From IMG/VR virus record IMGVR_UViG_3300030376_005178: a DNA stretch of 56,789 bases; one strand, 5' to 3'. Source of the DNA: an uncultured virus (IMG/VR IMGVR_UViG_3300030376_005178) (Duplodnaviria > Heunggongvirae > Uroviricota > Caudoviricetes). Numbering within the stretch: the first letter of the stretch is position 1; each line of letters starts with the position of its first letter. Of the stretch, positions 1-7,768 are shown one piece after another. The notes beneath the pieces were generated by a model that was not told where the DNA came from, made no database searches, and saw nothing but the letters and a program-made list of their open reading frames with translations. The translations under genes were made by a program, and so were the position numbers.

Positions 1-2028
1 CACACGAATAGTTTCACCATTTATAAGACCAATATCATTAACTGCTAACTCAAAATTACCATTAGGTACACTTGCAGGACTAAACTTAGTTCCTCTATGT
101 GAATTGATACCAACATTAGAAGTCTGTACACCAGCAGTTACATTTTCTGGCATATAAATTGGAGAACTGAATTCAGTACCACCAATAGAAAGATATAATT
201 TCTCATTTAAATTAGCACCAATTCTATATCCTTGGGTTAATCCAAGTGGTGATACATCTTCCCTAGTAAATCCAGAAAGGTATAGATGTGATGATATACC
301 AGTTTGTTGTGTCTTGTTAACATCTAACTGGAACCAAGTAATATTATCTAAGTCTTCTGCATATGTTGGAACATATTCAGGTGCAACAAAGTGTGTGATA
401 TATCCTTGGTCATCTCTTGGGAAAGCAGAGTTTCTAAATCCATCTGCAACTAAAGCATACTGACCAAAGTTGGAGTTAGAGTTAGTAATAGATGCGTCAG
501 CACCACTCTCACCTCTTAAGTGACCATTAAATCCAATAGCGAATACAGAAACAATCTGAAGTTGTGCATTATTGGTTATGGCAACATGATCCTGCTCCCA
601 TCCTTTACGGTATACTGCTCCACTATCCAAATGATAAACAGTAGTTGGGTCAGTAGAACTAGATTCTGCACTTAATGTTGCACCTTTAACAAGATTGTAT
701 GATATTGATTCATATAAACGAGTTTCTTTATTATACTTTACAAATGCTCTATCATCTTTCTGCAATGAAATACCAGTAAACTGAGCAACAACCATTGAAC
801 GGAAACCAGTTGCCTTGCTACCATCAGCTTTCATTCCTTGCATACCATAAACTGATCTCATTGAACAGTTAAAGATATAAGGTGATGCACCCTTGACAGT
901 ATCAGATTCAATAGTTACTCTAGCTGTAGTAATATTGGTAGGTTTAGCAGGTAAATTATTAGGGAAATCTGCTATAAGATAAGTAAATTGTGTACTTGAT
1001 ATAACACTCTGAACTACAGTAGAAATATTATATTCATTTACATTAACTCCACTAATCTTAATAGGAGTACCAGCAGTAAGATCATGTGGTAACTGAGTCT
1101 GTACTGTTACCTGTGATGTAGGTGTCAATCCATCACCAGATATGATTGTTGATATTACTAATGGGTCAGTACCAAGAGCACCAACGATTTCATATTCTTC
1201 TCTAACCTTATCAAAGTCACCCTCTAAGTTTGGCCATTCGTAGTTAACTGCACGACCTGTTGGTTCCTGATAAGCATAACTTAGCTTATAGTAGTACATG
1301 CTAAGGTCAGTCTTCTCATATCCCTTAACATCGTTAATACCGTCAGCATACTCAAAGCATGTCAACTTATGGTGAGAGAATGTTGGTTTAGATTGATTAG
1401 CTTCAGTAAATTGTTGGTGATCAGTATATACTAACTTTTGCTCGTTTCCATCAAAGAATGAGAACTGCCAGAAATAACAGTTACCAGTAATTCTGAATAT
1501 AGCAGTTTCTGGAACTCCAGTATCTGTTGGGTTAGGAACATACTTTGGTCTTATCTTTGTCTTTCTGAGGTCCATACCCACGATGGATGTACCACGAGGT
1601 ACTATAACTCCACCATTTACTGAGTTGAACTTATAAAGAACATTATTTTCTACTAATAAATCAAATTCACTAGTCAAACTAAGACTAAATGTTGTTGTAG
1701 CAAGAGTCTCAGCACCTGAAGGAGAAACTGATACTGCCCTAGTAGCATCTGAAGGATCTACTTTTAATGCAAATCCAGGTCTATTGTCAATTAAATGCTC
1801 ACCTGGATATATTAGAATAGTTGTCTTATCACTTTCGTCGTTATCAATACCTGACTGATAGGAGAATCTAGCAGATTCTAACAGTGCTCGCTGTATCGTT
1901 TTAAAGGGTTTTGTTAAAGAGTTACCCTGATTAGTAATACTATCGGTGGAATCCAAGTCATTTGGATTAACATAGAGAATCCTACCCTCAGTATTCTTTA
2001 TAAAATTCTCTAACTTATTTAAAGGCAT
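1..2028 (-). CDS. Large virion structural/baseplate-associated protein (N-terminal part; runs off the window start)
   Basis: Not in the ORF track. ATG at 2028 reads MPLNKLENFIKNTEGRILYVNPNDLDSTDSITNQGNSLTKPFKTIQRALLESARFSY, an N-terminus typical of large cyanomyovirus structural proteins. TAAATA late-promoter motif at 2060-2065 (-). Confidence 0.75.
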   Translation of the reverse strand, partial: MPLNKLENFIKNTEGRILYVNPNDLDSTDSITNQGNSLTKPFKTIQRALLESARFSYQSGIDNDESDKTTILIYPGEHLIDNRPGFALKVDPSDATRAVSVSPSGAETLATTTFSLSLTSEFDLLVENNVLYKFNSVNGGVIVPRGTSIVGMDLRKTKIRPKYVPNPTDTGVPETAIFRITGNCYFWQFSFFDGNEQKLVYTDHQQFTEANQSKPTFSHHKLTCFEYADGINDVKGYEKTDLSMYYYKLSYAYQEPTGRAVNYEWPNLEGDFDKVREEYEIVGALGTDPLVISTIISGDGLTPTSQVTVQTQLPHDLTAGTPIKISGVNVNEYNISTVVQSVISSTQFTYLIADFPNNLPAKPTNITTARVTIESDTVKGASPYIFNCSMRSVYGMQGMKADGSKATGFRSMVVAQFTGISLQKDDRAFVKYNKETRLYESISYNLVKGATLSAESSSTDPTTVYHLDSGAVYRKGWEQDHVAITNNAQLQIVSVFAIGFNGHLRGESGADASITNSNSNFGQYALVADGFRNSAFPRDDQGYITHFVAPEYVPTYAEDLDNITWFQLDVNKTQQTGISSHLYLSGFTREDVSPLGLTQGYRIGANLNEKLYLSIGGTEFSSPIYMPENVTAGVQTSNVGINSHRGTKFSPASVPNGNFELAVNDIGLINGETIRV

Positions 2029-2059
2029 CTCTCTATAATAAGATACATTGTGCTGATGT

Positions 2060-2097
2060 TATTTAGTCATGGATAAATACTTCGTTACTGATAAATA
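2060..2097. promoter_or_regulatory. Divergent T4-like late promoters (TAAATA on - at 2060-2065; ATAAATA on + at 2073-2079 and 2091-2097)
   Basis: Matches to the gp55-type late promoter core between divergent genes. Confidence 0.55.
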
Positions 2098-2098
2098 C

Positions 2099-2356
2099 AT
2101 GGACTTACAGAAGATAGCATCAACTGGCACAGCAGTAGCAGTCGTAGGGACTGGTGCGTTCATGGGTGGTGGTCATGTCATTGATCAACAAACTGGTGGT
2201 CCACAAAAAAGAGAAGATGCCCAAATAGAAAAGATTAGACAGGTTGTTAGAGAAGAGATATACATTCAATTAGTTGAGAATTGGCCAAAGAGTTCTGGTC
2301 CTGTTAAGGGAATCCAAACACCTAAAGAAAACTATAAGAATCAGATCCCTAAATAG
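2099..2356 (+). CDS. Small cyanophage protein with N-terminal hydrophobic segment
   Basis: MDLQKIASTGTAVAVVGTGAFMGGG. Start moved from 2069 to 2099 because the late promoter motifs lie inside the longer ORF. Confidence 0.6.
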   Translation: MDLQKIASTGTAVAVVGTGAFMGGGHVIDQQTGGPQKREDAQIEKIRQVVREEIYIQLVENWPKSSGPVKGIQTPKENYKNQIPK

Positions 2357-2375
2357 ATTAGTTTAACTTAAAATA

Positions 2376-3173
2376 ATGACAAGTTTGATCGATCCCAAGG
2401 AGTACTCAGACGCAGTTGGCCTTTTGAGGTCATTTTTTTTGTCTAAAAACTTTTTGGAAGTTCATACTCAAAATAGACTGAGTATCCTTGCTGCTTGTGA
2501 AGATCCTACAACAGTAGCAACATACAATTATGGTGGTAATATTTGGCCACTACCACAGACAGGTCAGATGTGGTTAGAACATGAATTACTTTCCAACCCT
2601 TCAGCAGAAGGGTTTTTCTGTGTCTCAACATCATACAGGGCAGAAGAGAATCCTGTTCCAGGTAGACATGAGACTATCTTCCCTATGTTTGAATTTGAAA
2701 TGAAGGGAGGTGTTGAAGAGTTAAAAGAAATGGAGATTGAATTATGTCAATGGTTAGGAATACCATTGGATTCATCTGCTATACAAACATATGATAAATG
2801 GGCTAAGGATTATGATACTAAGGAATTAGATCATGATCATGAAACAGCAATTGCTCGTGGTATGATTACTGACTTCCCTGAGTGGACATCACCATTCTGG
2901 AACATGGCACGAAATGATGATGGTACTAGTAAAAAGATTGATGTTATCTTAGGTGGCATGGAAACTATCGGTAGTGCTGAAAGGAGTACCGACAAGGAAC
3001 AAATGCGTAATACATTCTACACCATATCAGATGGTGGATATGCTCAACTTATTATTGATAAGTTTGGTAAGGAAAGAGTAGAAGCAGAACTTGAGAAATT
3101 CCTCGAATTCGACTTCTTCCCTCGTTCTGGAGGAGGAATCGGGATTACTCGTCTCATCTCGGCACTCAAGTAG
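2376..3173 (+). CDS. Class IIb aminoacyl-tRNA synthetase catalytic-core protein (AsnRS-like, no anticodon-binding domain)
   Basis: Motif 1 (FFLSKNFLEVHT), AsnRS-like LPQTGQMWLE, motif 2 (SYRAEENPVPGRHETIFPMFEFE), ETIGSAERS and motif 3 (PRSGGGIGITRL). Only 265 aa, with no N-terminal OB fold. Confidence 0.8.
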   Translation: MTSLIDPKEYSDAVGLLRSFFLSKNFLEVHTQNRLSILAACEDPTTVATYNYGGNIWPLPQTGQMWLEHELLSNPSAEGFFCVSTSYRAEENPVPGRHETIFPMFEFEMKGGVEELKEMEIELCQWLGIPLDSSAIQTYDKWAKDYDTKELDHDHETAIARGMITDFPEWTSPFWNMARNDDGTSKKIDVILGGMETIGSAERSTDKEQMRNTFYTISDGGYAQLIIDKFGKERVEAELEKFLEFDFFPRSGGGIGITRLISALK

Positions 3174-3182
3174 TGCCTACCT

Positions 3183-3267
3183 TGTGAGGTGGCGAAACGG
3201 TAAACGCTCTAGTCTGTTTAACTAGTGTTCCTGGCGGGACTTGTAGGTTCGACTCCTACCCTCACAG
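3183..3267 (+). tRNA. tRNA-Asn(GTT), atypical, with long variable arm; CCA not encoded
   Basis: Acceptor TGTGAGG/CCTCACA plus G73; D-arm GCG-AAACGGTAAA-CGC; anticodon stem CTAGT/ACTAG with loop CT-GTT-TA (anticodon 3216-3218); V-arm GTTCC-TGGC-GGGAC; T-arm GTAGG-TTCGACT-CCTAC. Confidence 0.9.
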
Positions 3268-3285
3268 TAAATAACTATATATGGT

Positions 3286-4212
3286 ATGGATCCAATAAAT
3301 GACATACCACTAGTTAATAACTCGGATTCTGGCATACCCTTCATTGGGGTAAATGGTACAGGCATCCAACTTATTCAAACAATAAAACCACCTAATAGTG
3401 TTGTTAAACCTATTGGTGTTACAAGAATTGCAAATCAGAGAATTTGGTTAAATGATGTACCACAATCTCTACCACCAACAGTTCCTGTTACTGAAATTAT
3501 AGGAACTCCTATAGTTAATATGCCTGGTTGTGTCAAGGTACACAAGGAGAACGCAAAGAATCCAAAAAATAAAAATAAGATGTTGGTCGATGACGACCCT
3601 AAAGGAAATACAGTATTATGTGACGCTGGTGCTCCATACTATGAACCACCTGACTATGATTATAGAGATCTAACTTGGCAAACTATTACTCAGGAACAAC
3701 CAGAAGCAGGTGGAGTAGATACTGGAACACCACCTGCCCCTGATCTAGACACTCCAGAACCGCCTCCAACTGGAGGCAATACAGCAGAGGATATAGAATG
3801 TCCTCCACTCAATGCAAGACGCATAGGAGACCTAAATCAAGCAGGTACAGAGAAGGTTAAAGAATATAAACTAACACCTGACGGTAAGATTTGTGAGACT
3901 ATCTGGGAACCAGTCCCATTTGTAGAGCAATATCTACCAACGATGGGTACTGTAACAACTACTGCATCTATTGCTGCGGTAGCGACGACATCTGCCCTAC
4001 TTGCCAAACCCCTAGCTGATCTGCTCCTGAAGGTAGTGAAGCCTGTGGTGAAGAAAGTGATTGCGAAGATTCAGAAGATTCTTGGGAAGACCCCGTACCG
4101 TCCAACTCAATCTGAACTTCAGACGAATCAGTATCGAGAGAAGAAGGGGATGCTGCCTCTGAAGTTTGGTCCGAAGAAGAAGGAGAAGAAGAAGAAGGAC
4201 GAGTCCAAGTAG
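3286..4212 (+). CDS. Proline-rich cyanophage protein with C-terminal hydrophobic/amphipathic helix and Lys-rich tail
   Basis: 308 aa ORF; TAAATA at 3268; TTTASIAAVATTSALLAKPLADLLLKVVKPVVKK segment. Confidence 0.7.
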   Translation: MDPINDIPLVNNSDSGIPFIGVNGTGIQLIQTIKPPNSVVKPIGVTRIANQRIWLNDVPQSLPPTVPVTEIIGTPIVNMPGCVKVHKENAKNPKNKNKMLVDDDPKGNTVLCDAGAPYYEPPDYDYRDLTWQTITQEQPEAGGVDTGTPPAPDLDTPEPPPTGGNTAEDIECPPLNARRIGDLNQAGTEKVKEYKLTPDGKICETIWEPVPFVEQYLPTMGTVTTTASIAAVATTSALLAKPLADLLLKVVKPVVKKVIAKIQKILGKTPYRPTQSELQTNQYREKKGMLPLKFGPKKKEKKKKDESK

Positions 4213-4999
4213 GTTGTGGTATCTGATGCTCATGAGGAAGTATCTTACCACCAGGAGATGTTACTACAACATCAGCACATATACTATGATACGGCGATGC
4301 AGGGTGGAAAAATATTCCAGCTTTTTTTAACTCACCACAATTTTTTAGTCTTGCGATTTCAAAATCCAATCTCTTATTAGATGTCAACTGTAATTGATGT
4401 GCTGTCTGTGCCTCTGCTGCCTCCTTACATCTCCTCTGCATACCTCTGTTTAATGGTATTGAAAGCGTAGCAGAGAGTCCTAGGTTGAAACTCTGGTTCG
4501 CTCTCATATCTGTTCTAACTGGTTTATACCATGTAGGTGTCATAGTACTACCACCATTAAGTACATCAGGTACTCCATCACCAGTTGGTACATCTACTTC
4601 TATTTGTATATCCTCTCCATCTGGGAACCATCTAGTTCCATCTGCCTTAGTGCGATTATCATACCAGTCTTCCCAAGGATAGTTCTTAACAGTAACAGTC
4701 TGTTTAACAGTCGTACCCTCTACATCTGTTAGGTTATATTGTGGTTCGTTATAAAAATCTTCCCAAGGATCCTTCCTTGAATCTGCAAATTGAATATATG
4801 GTGTCATATTCATAGTCGTACCCTGACATGACACCCCACCACCGTAGGTGTTAGTTACATATGGACCTTGTAAAACCTGTATAGCTTGATTGGTTACCGA
4901 GCCCGAACTATTAGCGATTGGATTGGCAGTGGCACTAACTCCACCTACACCTTCTGCTCTTAATGGTAAAGATTGAACGCTGAGAAGCGTTGCTATCAC
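3968..4999 (-). CDS. Secreted/outer-membrane-type cyanophage protein (signal peptide; NLGLSATLSIPL followed by a helical region)
   Basis: Likely GTG start at 4999 overlapping the upstream TGA (GTGA) gives VIATLLSVQSLPLRA-EG, a signal-peptide-like N-terminus. The track's 5305 start overlaps the upstream gene. Confidence 0.65.
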   Translation of the reverse strand: MIATLLSVQSLPLRAEGVGGVSATANPIANSSGSVTNQAIQVLQGPYVTNTYGGGVSCQGTTMNMTPYIQFADSRKDPWEDFYNEPQYNLTDVEGTTVKQTVTVKNYPWEDWYDNRTKADGTRWFPDGEDIQIEVDVPTGDGVPDVLNGGSTMTPTWYKPVRTDMRANQSFNLGLSATLSIPLNRGMQRRCKEAAEAQTAHQLQLTSNKRLDFEIARLKNCGELKKAGIFFHPASPYHSICADVVVTSPGGKILPHEHQIPQPTWTRPSSSSPSSSDQTSEAASPSSLDTDSSEVQIELDGTGSSQESSESSQSLSSPQASLPSGADQLGVWQVGQMSSLPQQ

Positions 5000-5466
5000 T
5001 GGGTAAATGTACTTGTAGTATCTGTGACGCTTTGGATCTGGGTGACTCTTTGTATGAGAGTTTGGTTGGTCATCCCTGGTCCTTGATAACTCTGGGTAAA
5101 TTGAAATGCTGCCCCAGCTTCGTGTAATGTAAAATTGTTTTGTGCTGACATGTCTAAGGCATCGAACGAAGAAGTTACGCTTCCCGTTATTGCACCTTCT
5201 CCCGTTCCCACTCCTGGAGTTAATGTCACTGTTGATGTTGATGTTGGTGGGTTTAAAGCCGCTCCGTTGTTGTCGATGCCTACCCCAGTTACTGAGTATT
5301 CCCATCCTGTCCTATAATCAATGGAATTAATAGTTTCCGTTACCGTAGATTCAGTCTCGGTGTGGCTCGTCATCGAGCCCTGTTGAAAGTTGGGGACCAC
5401 TGGAACTGCTCTTGCAGAACCAGCACCACCTAATAACAATGCTACTATAGTTATAAGTCTTTTCAT
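4996..5466 (-). CDS. Secreted Thr/Ser-rich cyanophage protein
   Basis: Sec signal peptide MKRLITIVALLLGGAGSARA; VPVVPNF start of the mature region. Confidence 0.75.
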   Translation of the reverse strand: MKRLITIVALLLGGAGSARAVPVVPNFQQGSMTSHTETESTVTETINSIDYRTGWEYSVTGVGIDNNGAALNPPTSTSTVTLTPGVGTGEGAITGSVTSSFDALDMSAQNNFTLHEAGAAFQFTQSYQGPGMTNQTLIQRVTQIQSVTDTTSTFTQ

Positions 5467-5469
5467 GAC

Positions 5470-5964
5470 CTACCTTATAGTGACCTCTGTTACAAATTGT
5501 CCCGTAGCTGCAGTACCTGCACCACCAGCTGTTAAACCAGCAAATGTGTGAGCAGAAGTTACATTACCAGCTAAGGATCCAGCAGATCCAGCAGCAGTTG
5601 AGGTAATGTTACCAAAGTTTTGTACAGCACCAACAGAAGGAGCAGATGTAGGAACAGCGTCTCCTTGAGTGTATGACTGAGCAAAGCTAAAAGCCGAGCC
5701 CGCAGTGTCCTGTGTCGCTGCAATAGTTCCTGGTGCATAAACACCAGCAGTTATTGTACCAGCACTAACAGTCGATGTAGTCGTACCATCAGTTGTGTCA
5801 ACATTTGTTCCAGAGATAGCAAAAGAAGATCCAATCCTCTCTACTTGTGTAGCAGCAGCATTCACATTCAGTTGAACACTAGATGCCATACGGGATGTTA
5901 TATCAGCTCTCGCAGCAAGCGGAGCAGCCATCATTAGCATTATGAAAGGAAGTATCCTTTTCAT
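5470..5964 (-). CDS. Secreted Ala/Thr/Gly-rich cyanophage protein
   Basis: Signal peptide MKRILPFIMLMMAAPLAARA. Its AGSAFSFAQSYTQG motif resembles AGAAFQFTQSYQG in the neighbouring gene. Confidence 0.75.
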   Translation of the reverse strand: MKRILPFIMLMMAAPLAARADITSRMASSVQLNVNAAATQVERIGSSFAISGTNVDTTDGTTTSTVSAGTITAGVYAPGTIAATQDTAGSAFSFAQSYTQGDAVPTSAPSVGAVQNFGNITSTAAGSAGSLAGNVTSAHTFAGLTAGGAGTAATGQFVTEVTIR

Positions 5965-6023
5965 GCAGGAAATACCTATTATTATCTACTAATATATATG
6001 CGTGAAGAAATGTAAAATTAATA

Positions 6024-6314
6024 TTAAAACTCTAAAGCCTGTGCCTCACTATGTTCTAATATTTTTTGTCCCTTTAATTGGGGATCACCAGGTAATGTTT
6101 CAGAATCAATATCTACTGTTTCGGGATCAATAGGTTTAGGAGCATCTATTCTTTTATATGTCAACTCCTTTCTATCAGCTTCAATAGAGCATGTCTTATT
6201 AAGAATTATAAGATCTTGTGCATGTTTCTCCCATCCACAGTCACAATACTGCTGACCTTTCTCATCGTAGACCCTATAGAATGGGTACATGTGATCAGGA
6301 ATTTTTCCTTTCAT
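6024..6314 (-). CDS. Hypothetical protein
   Basis: 96 aa ORF in a chain of ATGA-coupled small genes. Confidence 0.55.
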   Translation of the reverse strand: MKGKIPDHMYPFYRVYDEKGQQYCDCGWEKHAQDLIILNKTCSIEADRKELTYKRIDAPKPIDPETVDIDSETLPGDPQLKGQKILEHSEAQALEF

Positions 6315-6433
6315 AAAGTTACTCTCTTGTGTAGTTTATCTAATGCTGCTCTTGTTTCAGCAGTCTCTTCCCAACTCCACTCTTGGTTATGTTGAGGATT
6401 TTTCTTTTCGATTGTGTGTGTCTTCTTTGTCAT
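6311..6433 (-). CDS. Small hypothetical protein (40 aa)
   Basis: Not in the track. MTKKTHTIEKKNPQHNQEWSWEETAETRAALDKLHKRVTL, with ATGA overlaps at both ends. Confidence 0.55.
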   Translation of the reverse strand: MTKKTHTIEKKNPQHNQEWSWEETAETRAALDKLHKRVTL

Positions 6434-6606
6434 GATTTCCAATGTTTGATTAATAATTCTAATTCTTTTATCCTGCTTTTTGCAGTAGATATTTTTTCTT
6501 GAAGAGTTTTACTCGTTTTTTGGCTGCTCTCAACGCTTGAGGTTTCAGAGTCCTCTTGGGTTCCTTGTTGCTGTTGTGCTGCCAATTCGGTGTTGTCATC
6601 GGTCAT
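6430..6606 (-). CDS. Small coiled-coil hypothetical protein
   Basis: C-terminus LQEKISTAKSRIKELELLIKHWKS; start probably MTDDN at 6606. Confidence 0.5.
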   Translation of the reverse strand: MTDDNTELAAQQQQGTQEDSETSSVESSQKTSKTLQEKISTAKSRIKELELLIKHWKS

Positions 6607-6694
6607 ACTGTTTGTGCAGTTGAATGAACTCGTCATCATCATCGACCTCATCATCTATCTCCTCCTTAATCCAAGGATCTAGCGAGTTTCCCAT
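6596..6694 (-). CDS. Small acidic hypothetical protein (32 aa)
   Basis: MGNSLDPWIKEEIDDEVDDDDEFIQLHKQYDR fills the gap in the operon. Confidence 0.35.
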   Translation of the reverse strand: MGNSLDPWIKEEIDDEVDDDDEFIQLHKQYDR

Positions 6695-6713
6695 AGAAAC
6701 ATCGTATTGAGGA

Positions 6714-6914
6714 TCAGACTCTTGCGACTTTGATTTCTTCATAGTGAATGTCCTCAGGGTCTAGTACGGTCTTGCAGAACTCAACTACATTTATAAACTC
6801 TTGTGGTGAGTCACATTCCACTAGTTTTTCGTCACCATCAGATGAGACACAGAGGACTGTCCTCCTGCCCATGTTGATGACCACCCTCATAATCCACTCG
6901 TCTTCTTTACCCAT
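6714..6914 (-). CDS. Small cyanophage hypothetical protein
   Basis: MGKEDEW...SSDGDEKLVECDSPQEFINVVEF; start lies downstream of a sigma70 promoter. Confidence 0.6.
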   Translation of the reverse strand: MGKEDEWIMRVVINMGRRTVLCVSSDGDEKLVECDSPQEFINVVEFCKTVLDPEDIHYEEIKVARV

Positions 6915-6938
6915 AGTCAAATGCAACCAGATGTGGTT

Positions 6939-6967
6939 ATTGTAGCATGAGAGGATCATAGGGTCAA
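6939..6967 (-). promoter_or_regulatory. Sigma70-type early promoter
   Basis: TTGACC-17 nt-TACAAT with extended TG. Confidence 0.65.
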
Positions 6968-6980
6968 CCCTAACACTACA

Positions 6981-7766
6981 TTATATAGAAAGGTCTCTGT
7001 TAGGACTTTCTGTCCTGTCTCCTTGGTATTCTACTGTTATAGACTTAATATCTTTCCTTTCTCCTACTACCATCCACGATATAGTATCTGTACAGCTAGC
7101 AGTCTTTGCTTGTATTGTTAATGATCCACCTGTTACTGATCCTTTTATAGCAGTCCATCCTGTTTCATTTGTTGTAAAACATTGAACATTATCAACCAAT
7201 GCTTCAAATGTACCAGCAGTCATACCATTAGTAGTATTGATATCAACTGTAGCAATACCAGCAACTAATGCAGTTTTACCACGATAGATAAGATCTGCCT
7301 TCGGACTCTCTATACAACTGTGAGCAAGACGATTAGTTCCACCCTTGACTGGATGTACAATATCAAATAGTTTACTCGTAGCAACAATAGATCCAGACCA
7401 TGATGCATATCCACCAATGGACATATCTCCACCAGTGGTTACATTACCTTCAAGGTGACTAGTACCCTCAACATGTAGATTAGACATTAAGTCTGTATCA
7501 TTACAGACATACAATTCTTTCTCTATCTGCACCTCTTGGAATGTTGAGATGCCTGGTCTAACTAGAAGGTTACCTGTATAGATTCTAACATCACCATTAG
7601 TAATCTCTATGTCAGTAGGACGGGAAGGTATTCCCTGCACATCAATAAATCCTGAACATATGACAGGATCTTCAAAATAATTTGTGTCATCACCAATCTT
7701 ATATGGTTTGTTTGCTATATCTTCCTTAGCGTCACAATTAAATGAATTTGGATTAGATTCTGCCAT
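6981..7766 (-). CDS. Baseplate/tail spike-associated protein with C-terminal chaperone-like domain
   Basis: Short beta-helix-like repeats, then SKLFDIVHP...LAHSCIESPKADLIYRGK; located in the gp5 operon. Confidence 0.55.
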   Translation of the reverse strand: MAESNPNSFNCDAKEDIANKPYKIGDDTNYFEDPVICSGFIDVQGIPSRPTDIEITNGDVRIYTGNLLVRPGISTFQEVQIEKELYVCNDTDLMSNLHVEGTSHLEGNVTTGGDMSIGGYASWSGSIVATSKLFDIVHPVKGGTNRLAHSCIESPKADLIYRGKTALVAGIATVDINTTNGMTAGTFEALVDNVQCFTTNETGWTAIKGSVTGGSLTIQAKTASCTDTISWMVVGERKDIKSITVEYQGDRTESPNRDLSI

Positions 7767-7768
7767 AA

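Noticed and set aside
3183..3267. tRNA as a prophage attachment site or host-derived island
   Set aside because: No integrase and no duplicated tRNA 3' end; the flanking genes are lytic myovirus genes.
5000..5305. N-terminal 100 aa of the 445-aa ORF 3968..5305
   Set aside because: It overlaps gene 4996..5466 in another frame. A GTGA-coupled start at 4999 gives a clean signal peptide.
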